A stretch of 64,000 nucleotides of DNA from Eledone cirrhosa (lineage: Eukaryota), in the NCBI GenBank assembly GCA_964016885.1, contig OZ024747.1, positions 37,014,001 to 37,078,000 on the forward strand, written 5' to 3'. Shown here piece after piece: positions 40,792-55,586 of the stretch. Both the position numbers and the translations under genes were made by a program. Each line of letters starts with the position of its first letter. The stretch's first letter is position 1. A model generated the notes under the pieces. The model made no database searches and had not been told where the DNA came from. It worked only from the letters and a program-made list of their open reading frames with translations.

Positions 40792-41110
40792 AGGCGCATG
40801 GCTTAGTGGTTAGAGCGTTCGGCTTGCAATAGTGAGGTTGTGCAATCGATTCCGGGACCGGGTGATGCGTTGTGTCCTTAAGCAAGACACTTTATTTCAC
40901 GTTGTTGCAGTCTACTCAGCTGTGGAAATGAGTTCTCATGTCACTGGTGCAAAGCTGTCTCGGCTATTGCCCTTCTCGTGGACAATATCGGTGTCGTGGA
41001 GAAAGGAGACCGGCATGCATAGCTCACTGCTGGTCTTCCACAAGCAACCTTACCCAGACTAGTGTCTCGGAGAGGAAATTTCTACGTGCAAATTCCATGG
41101 TCATTCGTGA
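40792..41110 (+). mobile_element. tRNA-derived SINE, second family
   Basis: A-box tggcttagtggt, B-box-like tcgattcc, core ttgtgtccttaagcaagacacttta. Confidence 0.8.
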
Positions 41111-41583
41111 ATAAAAATAAAAATCGAAATATTGTTGGAATTTACTTCCTCATTGTTCTTCGATATCACAGCTGAACAGCAATATTAGTTAGTTGTGTCT
41201 ACCTATTTATAGAGAAGTGGTTCAAGCTCTCCGCAATTGAGTATTTTCTTCATAGACATTGCACAATATCGATGACATGATACGATTTGTAGGTAATTCG
41301 TTTGGAAACTAATTATCTTCAATTATCTTTCGGTCAGTCAGCTTTAAATTCAACTAATATAGGCTACTATCACGAGATGTCTATCTTACTAAACACAATC
41401 AAACACAGTATTCTAACACAAGTACGGATATGCGGTTAAGAGGTTTGGTGCATAATTAACGTGGTTCCGCTTTCGATTCAACTACACAGCGCTCGTGGCA
41501 AATGTCTTCAGCTGGTCCTCTCATTAGACAATCCATTGTCAGTAGATTTTGGAAGACAGAAGTTATGCAGAATTATATATGTG

Positions 41584-41677
<94 letters not shown>

Positions 41678-41849
41678 GTCTAGGGTAGGTGTTATATATT
41701 CAACTCAACGATAGGAGAACTATTATGTCGCGTGACAGATAATTGGTTGGACAATTGGCAACAGGTACAGTGAAAACTAAACACAAAGGTGTATATATAT
41801 ATGCGGATGTGTGTTTGTGTGTGTATGTGTGTGACTGTATATAAACAGA

Positions 41850-42500
41850 GGTGTTGGAAGATAGGATAGAGTCGTTTAGGCTATTCTTTCCAGCTGCATG
41901 CACGTTGAGTTTCGGTTGCATATGTTTGGATATGTAGTGGCTAGTCATGATAAGGCAATAGTTAATGGACCCAATTAGTTCAGAGGCATTTATCCTATGG
42001 AAGAAATTAGGTTTGAAAATTAGAAAAATATCAAAGATTTTAGGGGCGTCTGTGTGTCGTCTAGGTAAGCATGAAGAAGATACAACTAACTGATGTAAAC
42101 AGTTAATGTGAAATATTCGGTCTCTACAGACCCTAAGAAAGATCAATTTGTAAAGGAAAGGGGGATATTCTTGATGAAGAGAACCATATGGTAGAAGACT
42201 TGTTGGTTATTAGAGGATTTAGGAGACGAGTAGAAAGGATCAGGGAACTAAATTTTGAGCCATTGAAATTTAAAGTGTTTATTGTTGATATTACGAGAGG
42301 GAGATGAATGGCAGTGAGAATGGAATTAACGTATGTGCATTACAGTGAAATGTGAGGGTATAAAGTGTAGCCTGGGCAGGAGGAGCAATAGTAAAGAGAT
42401 AGTAAGGGAGTTAATTGGTGATGAGAGTAGCATTTACTTATGAGATCCCTTTTAGAGTGAAGTTATAGTGCATTGAGTGTAATCTCGACCGGAGATATAG
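41850..42500 (-). mobile_element. Decayed CR1-like LINE 3' region
   Basis: Remnants FFHR..SEL..NSLNDSIL resemble the C-terminus of CR1-group ORF2; weak evidence. Confidence 0.35.
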
Positions 42501-43368
42501 GCAATAGATGATTGCTATATAAAATTCAAAACATAACAACAAAAACATAAACAGGTTCATCACTTCTGAGTTTAATTCCCACTTGGATAAACTTTGTCAT
42601 TCAACTTTCCAAGGTCGATAGCATTATACTATAAGGTCATTGACATCGATTATACTCTAAAAGGCGCTGTCAAAGCAATTTCACAGTCCAGTGAATGAAG
42701 CTAGTAAAAGAATAAAAAACTAGGTGGTTATTATTTGAATATATTTTGAATTACCACCTATTATACTCACTAATATCTGAAAGAAAACATCTTGCTATAT
42801 AATTATATTGTACGAAGTATTGAATTGTATTTATTTGTGTAACTGGCCGTTTTCTACTTTATCTACAACTAACCCATAGTATAGGTAAAGAACTTGCTAA
42901 CCAAAACGAATAAAACTTCAAAAGACAAAATGATAATCTCTTTAAAGATTTCTTTGCAATGATTTTAAAAAGTTACGACTTTGTAGCTGCTGTAATATTT
43001 TAGATTACAAATATAACAAATAAAGTAATGAAAAACAGAGGCATTTATTTCTCTTGATATTGGTTGCGTGGTATAATGGAGCATAATGGGGTTAATGATA
43101 AGAGTAGTCTGGACATTATCAGTACTTAGAATGAAACATTTTGAAACCTTGTGAAAAAGAGAAAATCATTTTTGTCCTCCGAAATTAGATTACGAACAGC
43201 TTGTAATTCAATTTTGCTATGTCAGAAGAATTAATTCAAATAATAAGAGATTCATTTGGCTGTTGTTTGCGAATGATAGAAGTTTTAAGAGTTGCACTTC
43301 CTTATCTCCAGAAAAGAATTATTTACGTTACATAATGCATACGAAAGTAAATGCGTGTGCGCGAGCGT

Positions 43369-43432
<64 letters not shown>

Positions 43433-43558
43433 CAGCATCAGTAGTACTAGTAGTAGTAGTAGTAGTAGTAGTAGTAGCGGTAGTAGTAGTAGTAGCAGCA
43501 GCATCAGTAGTAGTAGTAGTAGTAGTAGTAGCAGCAGCATCACTAGTAGTAGTAGTAA

Positions 43559-43599
<41 letters not shown>

Positions 43600-43611
43600 C
43601 CAGCAGCATCG

Positions 43612-43645
<34 letters not shown>

Positions 43646-43646
43646 C

Positions 43647-43693
<47 letters not shown>

Positions 43694-43715
43694 CAGTAGT
43701 AGCAGCAGCAGAAGC

Positions 43716-43759
<44 letters not shown>

Positions 43760-43786
43760 CAGCAGCAGCAGAAGCAGTAGTAGTAC

Positions 43787-43849
<63 letters not shown>

Positions 43850-43922
43850 AAGAAGAAGAAGAACAACAACAACAACAACAACAACAACGAGAAGAATTAG
43901 TAGTAGTAAATGTGGTGTTGCT

Positions 43923-43976
<54 letters not shown>

Positions 43977-44001
43977 GAGGAGGAGGAGGAGGAGGAGGAG
44001 G
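43369..44001. repeat. Compound (TAG)n/(CAG)n/(GAA)n/(CAA)n/(GAG)n trinucleotide array
   Basis: Seen directly; source of the poly-S/V/T/L ORFs. Confidence 0.97.
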
Positions 44002-44177
44002 AGTTGTAGTATGTGAACGAGGAAGATGCGCATTTATATATGTAATCATATGAGAAGAAAATTATGCGAATGAATAATACATATGAATGATTGAATAATA
44101 CATATGAATAAATTATATACAGGATTATACATTAAAAGCTATACAGCTAACTAATTTTGTGTGTGCGCATGCGTTGA

Positions 44178-44420
44178 GTGGGTCGGATTTAATTGGGGAC
44201 AAAGGGGGCAATTTTTTCCGGGTCTCCTGCAGTGGCGGGTGTCCTCAACTGGGCGTGTTAGTTTTAGCATTTTTGAATGTAATACCTGTATTATAACTTT
44301 TCAATTCCAATTATTTGTGCCAAGCTAACTTTGAGATGCGAAATTGGGGGGTTTGCTTTATATTCTTATTCTTGTGTATGAGGGGCCTGCCAAACCTGAA
44401 GTGCCCCGGAACCGGCCCTG
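44178..44420. mobile_element. hAT-like MITE remnant
   Basis: The right end accggccctg is the reverse complement of a CAGGGCCGG-type TIR; the left end gtgggtcggattt is a degenerate match; GC-rich subtermini. Confidence 0.5.
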
Positions 44421-44772
44421 AGTGTGTGTAATGAGCGTAGGCGTAGATTCATTATACATATATATATATGTGTGTGCCTGAGTGTGTGTGTGTCTGTGTG
44501 TGTGTGTGTATGTGTGTGTGCGCGCGCATGCAATTGTATAAACGTATATATGTATATACGCCTATCTGTACGAACACTTCCCGTCTGTCCGTATTTCAAA
44601 AGATATTCATATCGAAGCGAGGGGACACAGTTGGTCCATTTTCTAGAACAAGCTGGAAACAACCGGCTATACCCGCAGGTGTATGCTCCGATAGTTAGCT
44701 ATATTTTTACACTGACACATATATTCACCCAAACACACATTCACACATACACACACACAGAGACACACACAT

Positions 44773-45703
<931 letters not shown>

Positions 45704-45710
45704 TATATAT

Positions 45711-45961
45711 AAGTAAGTATGTTTTTGAAACAGTGAGCGAGTTGAAATTAGAAATATAAGCTTCACCGTATTTTTTACTAAAGTAATTTTTAGCCTGATA
45801 GTGGGGTTTAGAACCCTCAGAGAAATGGAAAAAGATGAGTATTGGCGTATGAGTATATGACCATGTACGTCGATACTCCTTTTTATCCATTTCTCTGAGG
45901 GTTCTAAACCCCACTATAAGGCTAAAAATTACTTTAGTCAAAAATACGGTGATAGCTTATA

Positions 45962-45968
<7 letters not shown>
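45711..45968. mobile_element. (TA)n-flanked fold-back mini-element (arms ~45748-45848 / 45868-45968)
   Basis: ttagaaatataagcttcaccgtatttt..gaaccctcagagaaatgg matches its reverse complement, which ends atttctaa followed by (TA)n. Confidence 0.8.
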
Positions 45969-46042
<74 letters not shown>

Positions 46043-46045
<3 letters not shown>

Positions 46046-48860
46046 CCTTTCTGAATTTGTTTAGCAAGATTCTTTATCTAAAAACGTGTGTTGAAACCGA
46101 TATTGTTATACTTTAAAAGGGTCATGTTGCCGATAAGAAACACACGCACCAGTAGCTTTCACTTCAATTTATTATAATAAATTTAGGAATTTAGGAATTT
46201 ATAAATTTCCGGTTGGTTGGCTGGTTCCACACCGAGATGATTGTTTATATATTGTTAAAGTTCTTTCGTCACACATTATGTGACCTCTTCAGTGACTGGG
46301 GATTCTTTTCTTTGTTTTTGTGCCTGTCATTTGTTCTGTCCTACGCCATCTTGTTTTTGTGTGTGTTGTGTGCTTTGTTTGCGCATGTGTTACATCCGGG
46401 TGTCTGTGTGTGTTTATATTTGTTTATTTATTTGTTTATTTACATATTACTGGTTGGTTCTTTGTTCTAAGTGCTTGTGTGTTTTCATTTTGTCCTTAAT
46501 TGTAAGTTGTGATGTTGCTGTTCCATTCGTGTTTTCTATTTAATTTTGGTTGGAGTTCATTTATGTTTGTTGCCTCTGTGATTTGTCTAAACATTGTGTC
46601 TTTTCTGTGTGTGGATTCTATTTTTATTTCTATGTTCTCTAATTTACCCTTATGTTCTATTTTAGCATGTTGGTAGAGTACAGATGATTCTTTACTATCT
46701 TCAAGGTCTCGCCAGTGTTCATTTATCCGTTCCCCTATACTACGAGCTGTCTCACCTATGTACACTATATTCTTATCTCTATATTGTCGTTCAGTACATC
46801 TTATGCTATATACTACATTTCTAGTTTTACAGTTAATATGGGTCTTAATTTACAGATTGTACATTTCTTATCTATACAGGGAGGTCTTTGAAAAGGGTAT
46901 GCATTGCTAATAAGTGTTTTTATGGAGGTACCTGGTCTTTCTACTATCTTAATATTGAGTTTATGTTTATCTAGGGCCCTTCTAAATTTGTAAGCTAATT
47001 CACCTATAGGGGTTGTATCGATGAACATTACACTCTGGTATTTATTGCTATCATACCATGAGTTTATTCTATTAACCTTATTCCTAGTTCTTTCTATTCT
47101 ATTCCAAAATTTGCTCCTGTACAAGGGGCAGGTCCCATTTGTGTCATTATTTACCAGTTTTTCCCATTTGGTTCTGGTTCCTCTATATACTCTCATTTAT
47201 CTCTCTGATTGTAACCAGAGAACTGCATACGGTGGATGAAGTGTTGTATGTGTCTCTCTAGTTCTTGTGGTTGCACATGCGGGACACGTTTCTCATCACC
47301 CGTACCAAATCCGCAATCAGTATGTTGATTTTGGTATGGTCCGAAACAGCTGAGTTTCGGTGGATCAGATATTTGGAAGTCATGGGTTTGGCATAATGGG
47401 AATGGAGGATTTGTTTTTTGTTATTAATGGTATCTAACCAGAGCTCTGTGTCTAGTACAGGTAATCGATGTTTGGGGTGTTTACTTGGGTAGTCTATAGT
47501 AACTCTAATACTCTGGTGGATGGAGTTAGCTATTTGCTGGATGCTTTCCATGGTGTTTTTCTCTAATTCCTGAATGTTTTCTAGTGGGGGTGTTTTTACT
47601 ACGATGTTTATATCATCAACGTAGCGCGAGTACATTATCAGGGTTAAGGGGTCTTTTAATTGTTCTTTAAGTTTAAGTCTATTGTCCCACCATACCATGA
47701 ATAGGTTAGCTATGTCGCCTGCAATGCTAACACCAATGGCTGCTCCCTCCTCTTGGGCATATGTTTTTCCATTAAATTTGATCATATGTTCCTTAAGGGT
47801 TAATTTTATGCTAGCCCCCACCGCATGTGCAATCATTTTCTTTAGTTCATCGTGGTTTTCGGGGGTCCGTATGGCTCTGGTCCACCCGTTCTATCTATCT
47901 GTGTGGGTTTTCTTGGCCATTGAGGTAATGGTAGGTGGTCTGCCTCTTTCTGGTCTTGTAGGGCACAGTTTTCTAAGGCCATATGTATCTAGATAATTAT
48001 TACTATAGGTAAGTTTAAGTAGGAGTCCCAGCTCACTGGTATCAATCCCACGGAATTCAACATTGCTCTCACTGATCATTTCTACGCATTTTTCCAAAGC
48101 AAAATCCACGTCAATAGATGGATACAGGGACACAACATCCATACTACGTATTATGCAGTTTGTTAGGTCCCTAGATCGGATACTCTCGCCGATTCTGCTG
48201 AGGAGGACCTCCGTGCTGTCACATATAACTGGGGACATTTCAATGATGGGGCGTATGATCAGGGAGAGGAAGTAGGACAGTCTGTAGTTACTAGCAATGT
48301 TAGCTCCACAGACTGGCCGTGTCGGTAGTCCTGTGGCAGGGTCACTGCTCGTTTTATGGTCTTTTCGAAGTCCATACAACGCTGGCACGTCATTGTTCCA
48401 GGTCTGGAAATCATATGGGCATTGAGGGCTTTTTCCCTATCCTCATGCTCTTGTGGTGTTACTTCTCTTGTGTTAGTTATGTGGGGTTGCATTGCCTGGA
48501 TATAGTTTGACAGACTGTCAACCGACATTCTGCCAGATTTGTCTGTTGGAAAGCATGCAATCTCTCCATTACGCGAGCGCTGTATGAGCTAACAGCCATT
48601 TGCAGATTTTTCTCCCAGTTGCTGGGCCTCCATTCTATTATGCTTTTTGCTATACTGTTCTATAATATTTCTAAGTTTAGATCTAGCTACACTAAATTGT
48701 GATTCTCTTTGTTCATCGACCTGCAACGGCAATTGCGTGCGTTTGTTTAAAGCTAAAGTCGTGGCGTGGACTCGTCGTAGGTCGAACGACTTATCGGAGA
48801 GATTATAAAAAGTAGAGTTCCAGTCTGCTGCTTTATGTGTACTAATGCTATTGTTATTGA
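46043..48860 (-). mobile_element. Penelope-like element 2 (RT plus GIY-YIG), main copy
   Basis: PTDKSGR, LYGLRKDHK, PTRPVC, SMDVVSLYPSI, GAAIGVSIA, YSRYVDDI, LPVLDTELW, YIGETARSIGERINEH, FRQITEA; a few stops and frameshifts. Confidence 0.95.
46254..46296 (-). ncRNA. Degenerate hammerhead in the pseudo-LTR of element 2 (mirror copy at 50195-50237, +)
   Basis: GUCA-CUGAAGA-G(GUCACAU AAU GUGUGAC)-GAAA-GAAC-UU-UAAC (UGGC in the mirror copy); stem I is eroded. Confidence 0.55.
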
Positions 48861-50387
48861 TTAAAAGAACCCTTAACTCTGATAATGTACTCCCGCTACG
48901 TTGCTGATATAAACATCGTAGTAAAAACACCCCCACTAGAGAACATTCAGGAATTAGAGAAAAACACCATGGAAAGCATCCAGCAAATAGCTAACTCCAT
49001 CCACCAGAGTATTAGAGTTACTATAGACTACCCAAGCAAACACCCCAACCATCGATTACCTGTACTAGACACAGAGCTCTGGTTAGATACCATTAATAAC
49101 AAAAAAACATGCCAAACCCATGACTTCCAAATATCTGATCTACCGAAACTCAGCTGTGTCGGACCATACCAAAATCAACATACTGATTGCGGAGTTGGTA
49201 CGGGTGATGAGAAACGTGTCCTGCATGTGCAACCCCAAAGAACTAGAGAGACACATACAACACTTCATCCACCGTATGTAGTTCTCTGGTTACAATCAGA
49301 GATAAATCAGAGTATATAGAGGAGCTAGAACCAAATGGGAAAAAATGGTAAATAATGACACAAATGGGACCTGCCCCTTGTATAGGAGCAAATTTTGGAA
49401 TAGATTAGAAAGAACTAGGAATAAGGTTAATAGAATAAACTCATGGTATGATAGCAATAAATACCAGAGTGTAGTGTTCATCGAACCAACCCCTAGAGGT
49501 GAATTAGCTTACAAATATAGAAGGGGCCTAGATAAGCATAAACTCAATATTAAGATAGTAGAAAGACCAGGTACCTCCATAAAAACACTTATTAGCAATG
49601 CATACCCTTTTCAAAGACATCCCTCTATAGATAAGAAATGTATAATCTGTAAATTAAGCCCCCATATTAACTGTAAAACTAGAAATGTAGTATATAGCAT
49701 AAGATGTACTGAACGACAATGTAGAGATAAGAATATAGTGTACATAGGTGAGACAGCTCGTAGTATAGGGGAACGGATAAATGAACACTGGCGAGACCTT
49801 GAAGATAGTAAAGAATCATCTGTACTTTACCAACATGCTAAAATAGAACATAAGGGTACATTAGAAGACATAGAAATAAAAATAGAATCTACACACAGAA
49901 AAGACGCAATGTTTAGACAAATCACAGAGGCAATAAACCTAAATGAACTCCAACCAAAATTAAATAGAAAACATGAATAAAAGAGCAACATCACAACTTA
50001 CAATTAAGGACAAAATGAAAACACACACGCACATAGAACAAAGAACCAACGAGTAACATGTAAATAAACAAATATAAACACACACAGACACCCGGATGCA
50101 ACACATGCGCAACCTAAGCACACAACACACACAAAAACAAGATGGCGTGGGACAGAACAAAGGAGAGGCTCGAAAACAAAGAAAAGAATCCCCAGTCACT
50201 GAAGAGGTCACATAATGTGTGAGGAAAGAACTTTGGCAATATATAAACAATCATCTGGTTGTGGAACCAACCAACCAACCAACCGGAAATTTATAAATTC
50301 CTAAATTTATAAATTTATTATAATAAATTGAAGTGAAAGTATGTGGTGCGTGTGTTTCTTATTGGCAGCATGACCCTCCCAAAGTAT

Positions 50388-50393
<6 letters not shown>
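48861..50393 (+). mobile_element. Inverted 1.5-kb partial duplicate of Penelope-like element 2
   Basis: Reverse-complement match to ~46100-47660; intact GIY-YIG ORF at 49345-49980; ends in (TA)n. Confidence 0.95.
49345..49980 (+). CDS. GIY-YIG endonuclease region of a Penelope-like element (fragment)
   Basis: CIIC..CKTRNVVYSIRC..YIGETARSIGERINEH..HAKIEH..RQITEA. Confidence 0.8.
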   Translation: MVNNDTNGTCPLYRSKFWNRLERTRNKVNRINSWYDSNKYQSVVFIEPTPRGELAYKYRRGLDKHKLNIKIVERPGTSIKTLISNAYPFQRHPSIDKKCIICKLSPHINCKTRNVVYSIRCTERQCRDKNIVYIGETARSIGERINEHWRDLEDSKESSVLYQHAKIEHKGTLEDIEIKIESTHRKDAMFRQITEAINLNELQPKLNRKHE

Positions 50394-50455
<62 letters not shown>

Positions 50456-50456
<1 letters not shown>

Positions 50457-51233
50457 AGTATGTACACGTACATACATATATGTATACAGACGTACAGTAG
50501 TATGTATATATATAGCTAACAAGCTTGAAACTAGTACAGCGTTCCTTTGTTAGTATTGAACAAACGAGCAACGGTGGTTGCTAGACACTACGGCTTAATA
50601 CGGGATGTTTGTTTACAAACACACCGAGCATTATAATAAATGTTCGGTGAATCCATACGTTCATATATATATGTGTGCATGTATGTATATATATATATAC
50701 ATACTACTGTACGTCTGTATACATATATGTATGTACGTGTACATACTTATATTTAAGTAACAGCCGTACTAAGAGTGGGAAATGAAATATCGTTTCATTT
50801 TTTCCGTTTATCGTTTTCGGTGCACCCGGCCGATTAACCCACTCGATATGCAAATTGGGCTACTCAGCCCTTAATATGCATATGGTAAGTATATACGTTC
50901 AACCATCTGGCAGGAAGGTATACGTTGCTGACAATAGCTAACAAGCTTGAAACTAGTACAGCGTTCCTTTGTCAGTGTTGAACAAACGAGCAAAGGTGGT
51001 TGCTAGACACTACGGCTTAATACGGGATGTTTGTTTACAAACACACCGAGCATTATAATAAATGTTCGGTGAATCCATACGTGCATATATATGTGTGCAT
51101 GTATGTATGTATATATATATATACATACTACTGTACGTCTGTATACATATATGTATGTACGTGTACATACTTATATTTAAGTAACAGCCGCACTAAGAGT
51201 GGGAAATGAAATATCGTTTCATTTTTTCCGTTT
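50456..51233 (+). mobile_element. Family B copy 2: inverted arm plus partial tandem of a ~420-bp monomer
   Basis: Direct repeats at ~50514-50810 and ~50935-51233; inverted stub at 50456-50513; (TA)n on both sides. Confidence 0.85.
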
Positions 51234-51254
51234 ATATATATATATATATATATA

Positions 51255-53850
51255 AAATATTAATTCAAAATATGACAAAACTCAATATTTATACCCTAAT
51301 ATTGAGAACATGAGGAAAACACATAATACAAACAATAGAGAGGGTGCGTGTAATACAGCTTAAAAAATACATGGCATAATATAACAGTTAAACATAATGT
51401 TTTTTTTCTTTTAAACTACTGAAGAAAGAGGAAAGAAAGTAAAGCATAGAGGAAGAAACAGCTGATGTGATAATATATTTAGTAGGTGCCTCGAAAAACA
51501 AATGAAAGATGATTAAAGAGAGAGAGACAAAGGGGAGTAATTTATGTTCAAGTTTATAGACAATTATCCATATATGCAATATATATCCAAACTTATTTCG
51601 TTGACCGTTAATATTCAAAATATTTAATTTAAGTTATTTCAGAGTAATGAGTAATATTTTAGGTTTTAAAGTTAATAGGTATCTGTATTAATATTATATT
51701 ATACTATCAAGTTTAATTTCTAAAATTCAAATTTTATGAAAACAAATTTAAAGGATTTACGAAACACGAGAAAGAAAATATATAATGCTTTTATACCCTC
51801 ACGAAGGTAATCTTTACCAAAATTATTTATAATATTGACAACAGTATATATAATAAAATTTATAAAATAATTATAGTTATAATTATTAAAGAATTTATGA
51901 TTAAACAGTTTGAGTGCCTAAAGAAGTCTGAATGTTTAATTATATATATGTGTTAATAAAAAAAATACACAAGGATTATAATGTCTAAAATATATATATA
52001 TAATGTCTAAAATATATATATTGTTAAAATATATTGTTAAAAAAATTAATGTTTTATATCAATTATTTTCATTTAGTTGATATATACTATAAAAATATAT
52101 GTCAAAACTATATGAGTCCTAATGATAGGGGCTAGATATAAAAATAAATATAAAAATATAAAAATAAAAAATAAAAATAATGAATTGTTTGCGAAACTTA
52201 AAAATGCCCAATATTAAAAATATAGCATAAAATGTAATAGGGTTTTAATATATAGTAGACAAAAGATACGTCTAAAATATCTAGCGAATGTGATAGAAAG
52301 AGGAGCTAAATATTTGAAAAGGCCGAAGGTAATCTAAATTTAATTAAAATAAATTAAATTAAATTAAATTATATTAAATTAAGTAATAATCATTATATAA
52401 ATTCGAACTTCCATGGAATATCAAACACTTATAATAATAGAGAGTCATTTGAGTATCTAAATTATTTATAAATGTAACTACGAGTATGTTATTACACTAG
52501 TTAAAAATATTTGTACAACTATATATAGAGATAGGTATTAATGAAACGGTATACATTTAATAAATAAATAATTATAATCATTATTAGTGATGCTATAATT
52601 GTAGTTTTACGTCCAGTTCAGTGGAGAGAGATACCAATATTTGTCGACTATTATGGTTTGTTATATTTATACCTATATATATATATAAAACAAATAAATG
52701 CAAATCTAACTTTCTGAGTCCACAAAACATACTCAAAATGAGTAAAATATGCAAACGCATGAATAATCTACAGTTCAATTATAATCGGTAAATTTACAAG
52801 TTAAATATCCAAATTATATATTTAAAACAGAGACAGATAAATAAAGATCCGAAACAAAATTATAAATATCTAAAATAATCCTAAAGTGTGCATATTTATC
52901 AAGTAAACAAATAATATGTTTATCTATCTAAAGAGGATCCTTTATTCTAACAGTAATTCTATCATAAATGATTAGAAGATAAAGCATTATTAAAGTTTTA
53001 TAAACTGATATGACTTTTTAGGCCCAACAGTTGATAAGAGACGTTAAAAATTAAGGCTTGATTGTTTACTGTTTTTTCCTGACTTTTGCGAGGTTTGGAA
53101 TGTAGACAAAGCTTTATGAAGGCAGTTTGAGAACAATTCACTTTTTTTGTTAATTAAGTTTTCATAATTATTAATTATTAATTATTAATAGGGTCTCCTT
53201 TGTGCAGAGGTTGCAGTTAGTTGATATAGACGAGTGCGTGTATATTTTACTATTACAAAGCTTCGTCCAAAAATCGAGTATTTTAAATTTTTGTCTTTTA
53301 ATGACCATATAAGTTGTGATAAAGAAGTCGAAGACTTCCTATTGTGATAAAGAAGTCGAAGACTTCCTATTAAAATTCCTATTAAAATTCGAAAATGAGC
53401 ATTTGTGATTCGCAAATCACGATTTAAATGTCGAAGAAGTTGCCCCTATGTAGTTGTATGTGTTGTTATTTGTTTTTACGGTGCATTTATACACCATATT
53501 TCTATCCAAACAATTATTTTGCAGAGGGCAATCTGGTTTATTTCTACAATTACATTTCGATTTATTATTATTTATATTAACACTATTATTAATAGCATTA
53601 TGTTGATTTTGGTTTAGAATTATACTATTTAGTTTAGCGATGTTTTGGGCCATATATAGAATAAGAAAAGTCTAATTGTGTGTCTATTAAATATGGAGTG
53701 GTATTTATGTTGACTAGGGAACATAAATAGATTAGCTAGTGGTGTTCTTACTGATACAGAAGCAGAATTAATATTAATAACTCTGGAAAACCTTTTTTCT
53801 GTTGAGTGCTTCCAATCTATTGTAAAACTCATTCTTTGATGTATTCATTG
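51255..53850 (-). mobile_element. 5'-truncated Penelope-like element 3 (GIY-YIG plus long AT-rich 3' UTR), related to element 1
   Basis: CNCRNKPDCPLQNNCLDRNMVYKC..YIGATSSTFK..STSLSQLIWSLK; frameshifts; a 28-bp internal duplication at ~53316-53371; (TA)n flanks. The extent of the UTR is inferred. Confidence 0.8.
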
Positions 53851-53866
53851 AACCTTGTTTGACTTT

Positions 53867-54001
<135 letters not shown>

Positions 54002-55088
54002 GGGAGAGAGAGAGAGATTAGATATACAAATATGTGTGCCAGTATCTATTTGTATATTTATATATGTATATATTCGTATGTGTAAGACGGTATTTCTTTA
54101 GTCATATATACATTATCGTTCCTCAACCGACACTGAAGTTTGGAATATTACGGTTATGTGCATGTTTACATGTTTAGGACTATGTCGGTGTATATATCGT
54201 AAAATGAATCAAGCTGTTTTGAACTGTTTATTTCCTTCTACGATCATAAATTTCACAGTTAATATGCAATGATTTCTATCGTAAAATTACATCATTTTCC
54301 AATTCCTCCATTAACACAATAGGAGGCAGTTCTATGTATCCCATAATGATCTTTCCAAGCAGAATAGATTACTAACTGAGGAGAAAGTTCAAGCAACATT
54401 GACGGCTATTTGAGGTATAATACTGCTATAATCATAGTTGTTGAGATTTTATCCAGCAATGAATTGAAGCCGGTCAGTTGAATGTACTCTTCGATATCAA
54501 ACATTCAATTCAAATCTTCAATCCAAATGAATATGTTTGCGTGAGTGTATGTGTGTTTATGTTTTGAAGAAAATCTCAGTAGTGAGCCTATATCTGATAA
54601 ATAATTATAAGTTCTTTTATGTATCTGCCCAACCTTTTCTCTGTCTCGTATTTAACATTTTCTTGTAGTAAGGTGTATTCATATGTGTGCAGTCGAATCG
54701 TACTGGCTTTTTATAAACATCTCAAGTTGTACAAGCCCTCTTCTTTCCTTCAGCCTAACAGTATATATGTGATACTTTGCAGCTTTTAGGTACGGTAGTC
54801 TAAATTTGTCAGATAGAATTCTTGTCTTTACCTAGATTATTTTATTTCATTACGCCCATTCGTTTTCCTTTGCATCCTTTTAAGAATATATCAAACCGAT
54901 ATATAATTGTGTTGTGATTATCAGTTATAGTTTGTTGACTTCGTAACTGTGTTGGTCGCTTCCCATTAAGAGTTTCTGCGGATTCTTTCTAAGCTCTGTA
55001 CTTCTCATAATTTCCAGTTTATTATGTTTATGCTGAAGATTATATCTAAGATAGCTAGCATATATACTCCTATTATCTTAATTCTAGC

Positions 55089-55165
55089 ATTGAGTTCAGT
55101 ATATAATATTTGTCTGGCTATTTTGTAGTAATCTTGGCTATTTTCTTCTTTTTCATGCAGTTTCA

Positions 55166-55197
<32 letters not shown>

Positions 55198-55295
55198 AAT
55201 AATTGTTTCTATTTTTGGCACAAGGCCAGAAATTACCCAGTACATTACTGGTACTTTATTTTATCGACCCCGTAAGGACGAAAGGCATATAAATA

Positions 55296-55357
<62 letters not shown>

Positions 55358-55470
55358 ACATATACATTATTTATATACATATATATAGAGAGATGAAACT
55401 GCATGAAAAAGAAAAAAATACCCTTGATTAATACAAAATAGCCAGAGAAATATTATATACTGAACTCAAT
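55089..55470. mobile_element. Inverted arms (55089-55175 / 55386-55470) enclosing a SINE fragment and (TA)n
   Basis: ttgagttcagtatataatatttgtctggctatttt..catgcagtttcatctct matches its reverse complement. Confidence 0.7.
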
Positions 55471-55518
55471 TCATATACATATATATAAATAATGTATATA
55501 TGTGTGTGTGTATATATA

Positions 55519-55586
<68 letters not shown>

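Noticed and set aside
45795-45830. ctgatag-hairpin-gagaaa hammerhead-like motif
   Set aside because: The core is wrong, the mirror arm reads ttatag, and there is no stem I or III.
47891-48591. Selenocysteine read-through in Penelope-like element 2
   Set aside because: The in-frame stops I checked are TAG, not TGA; they are simple nonsense mutations.
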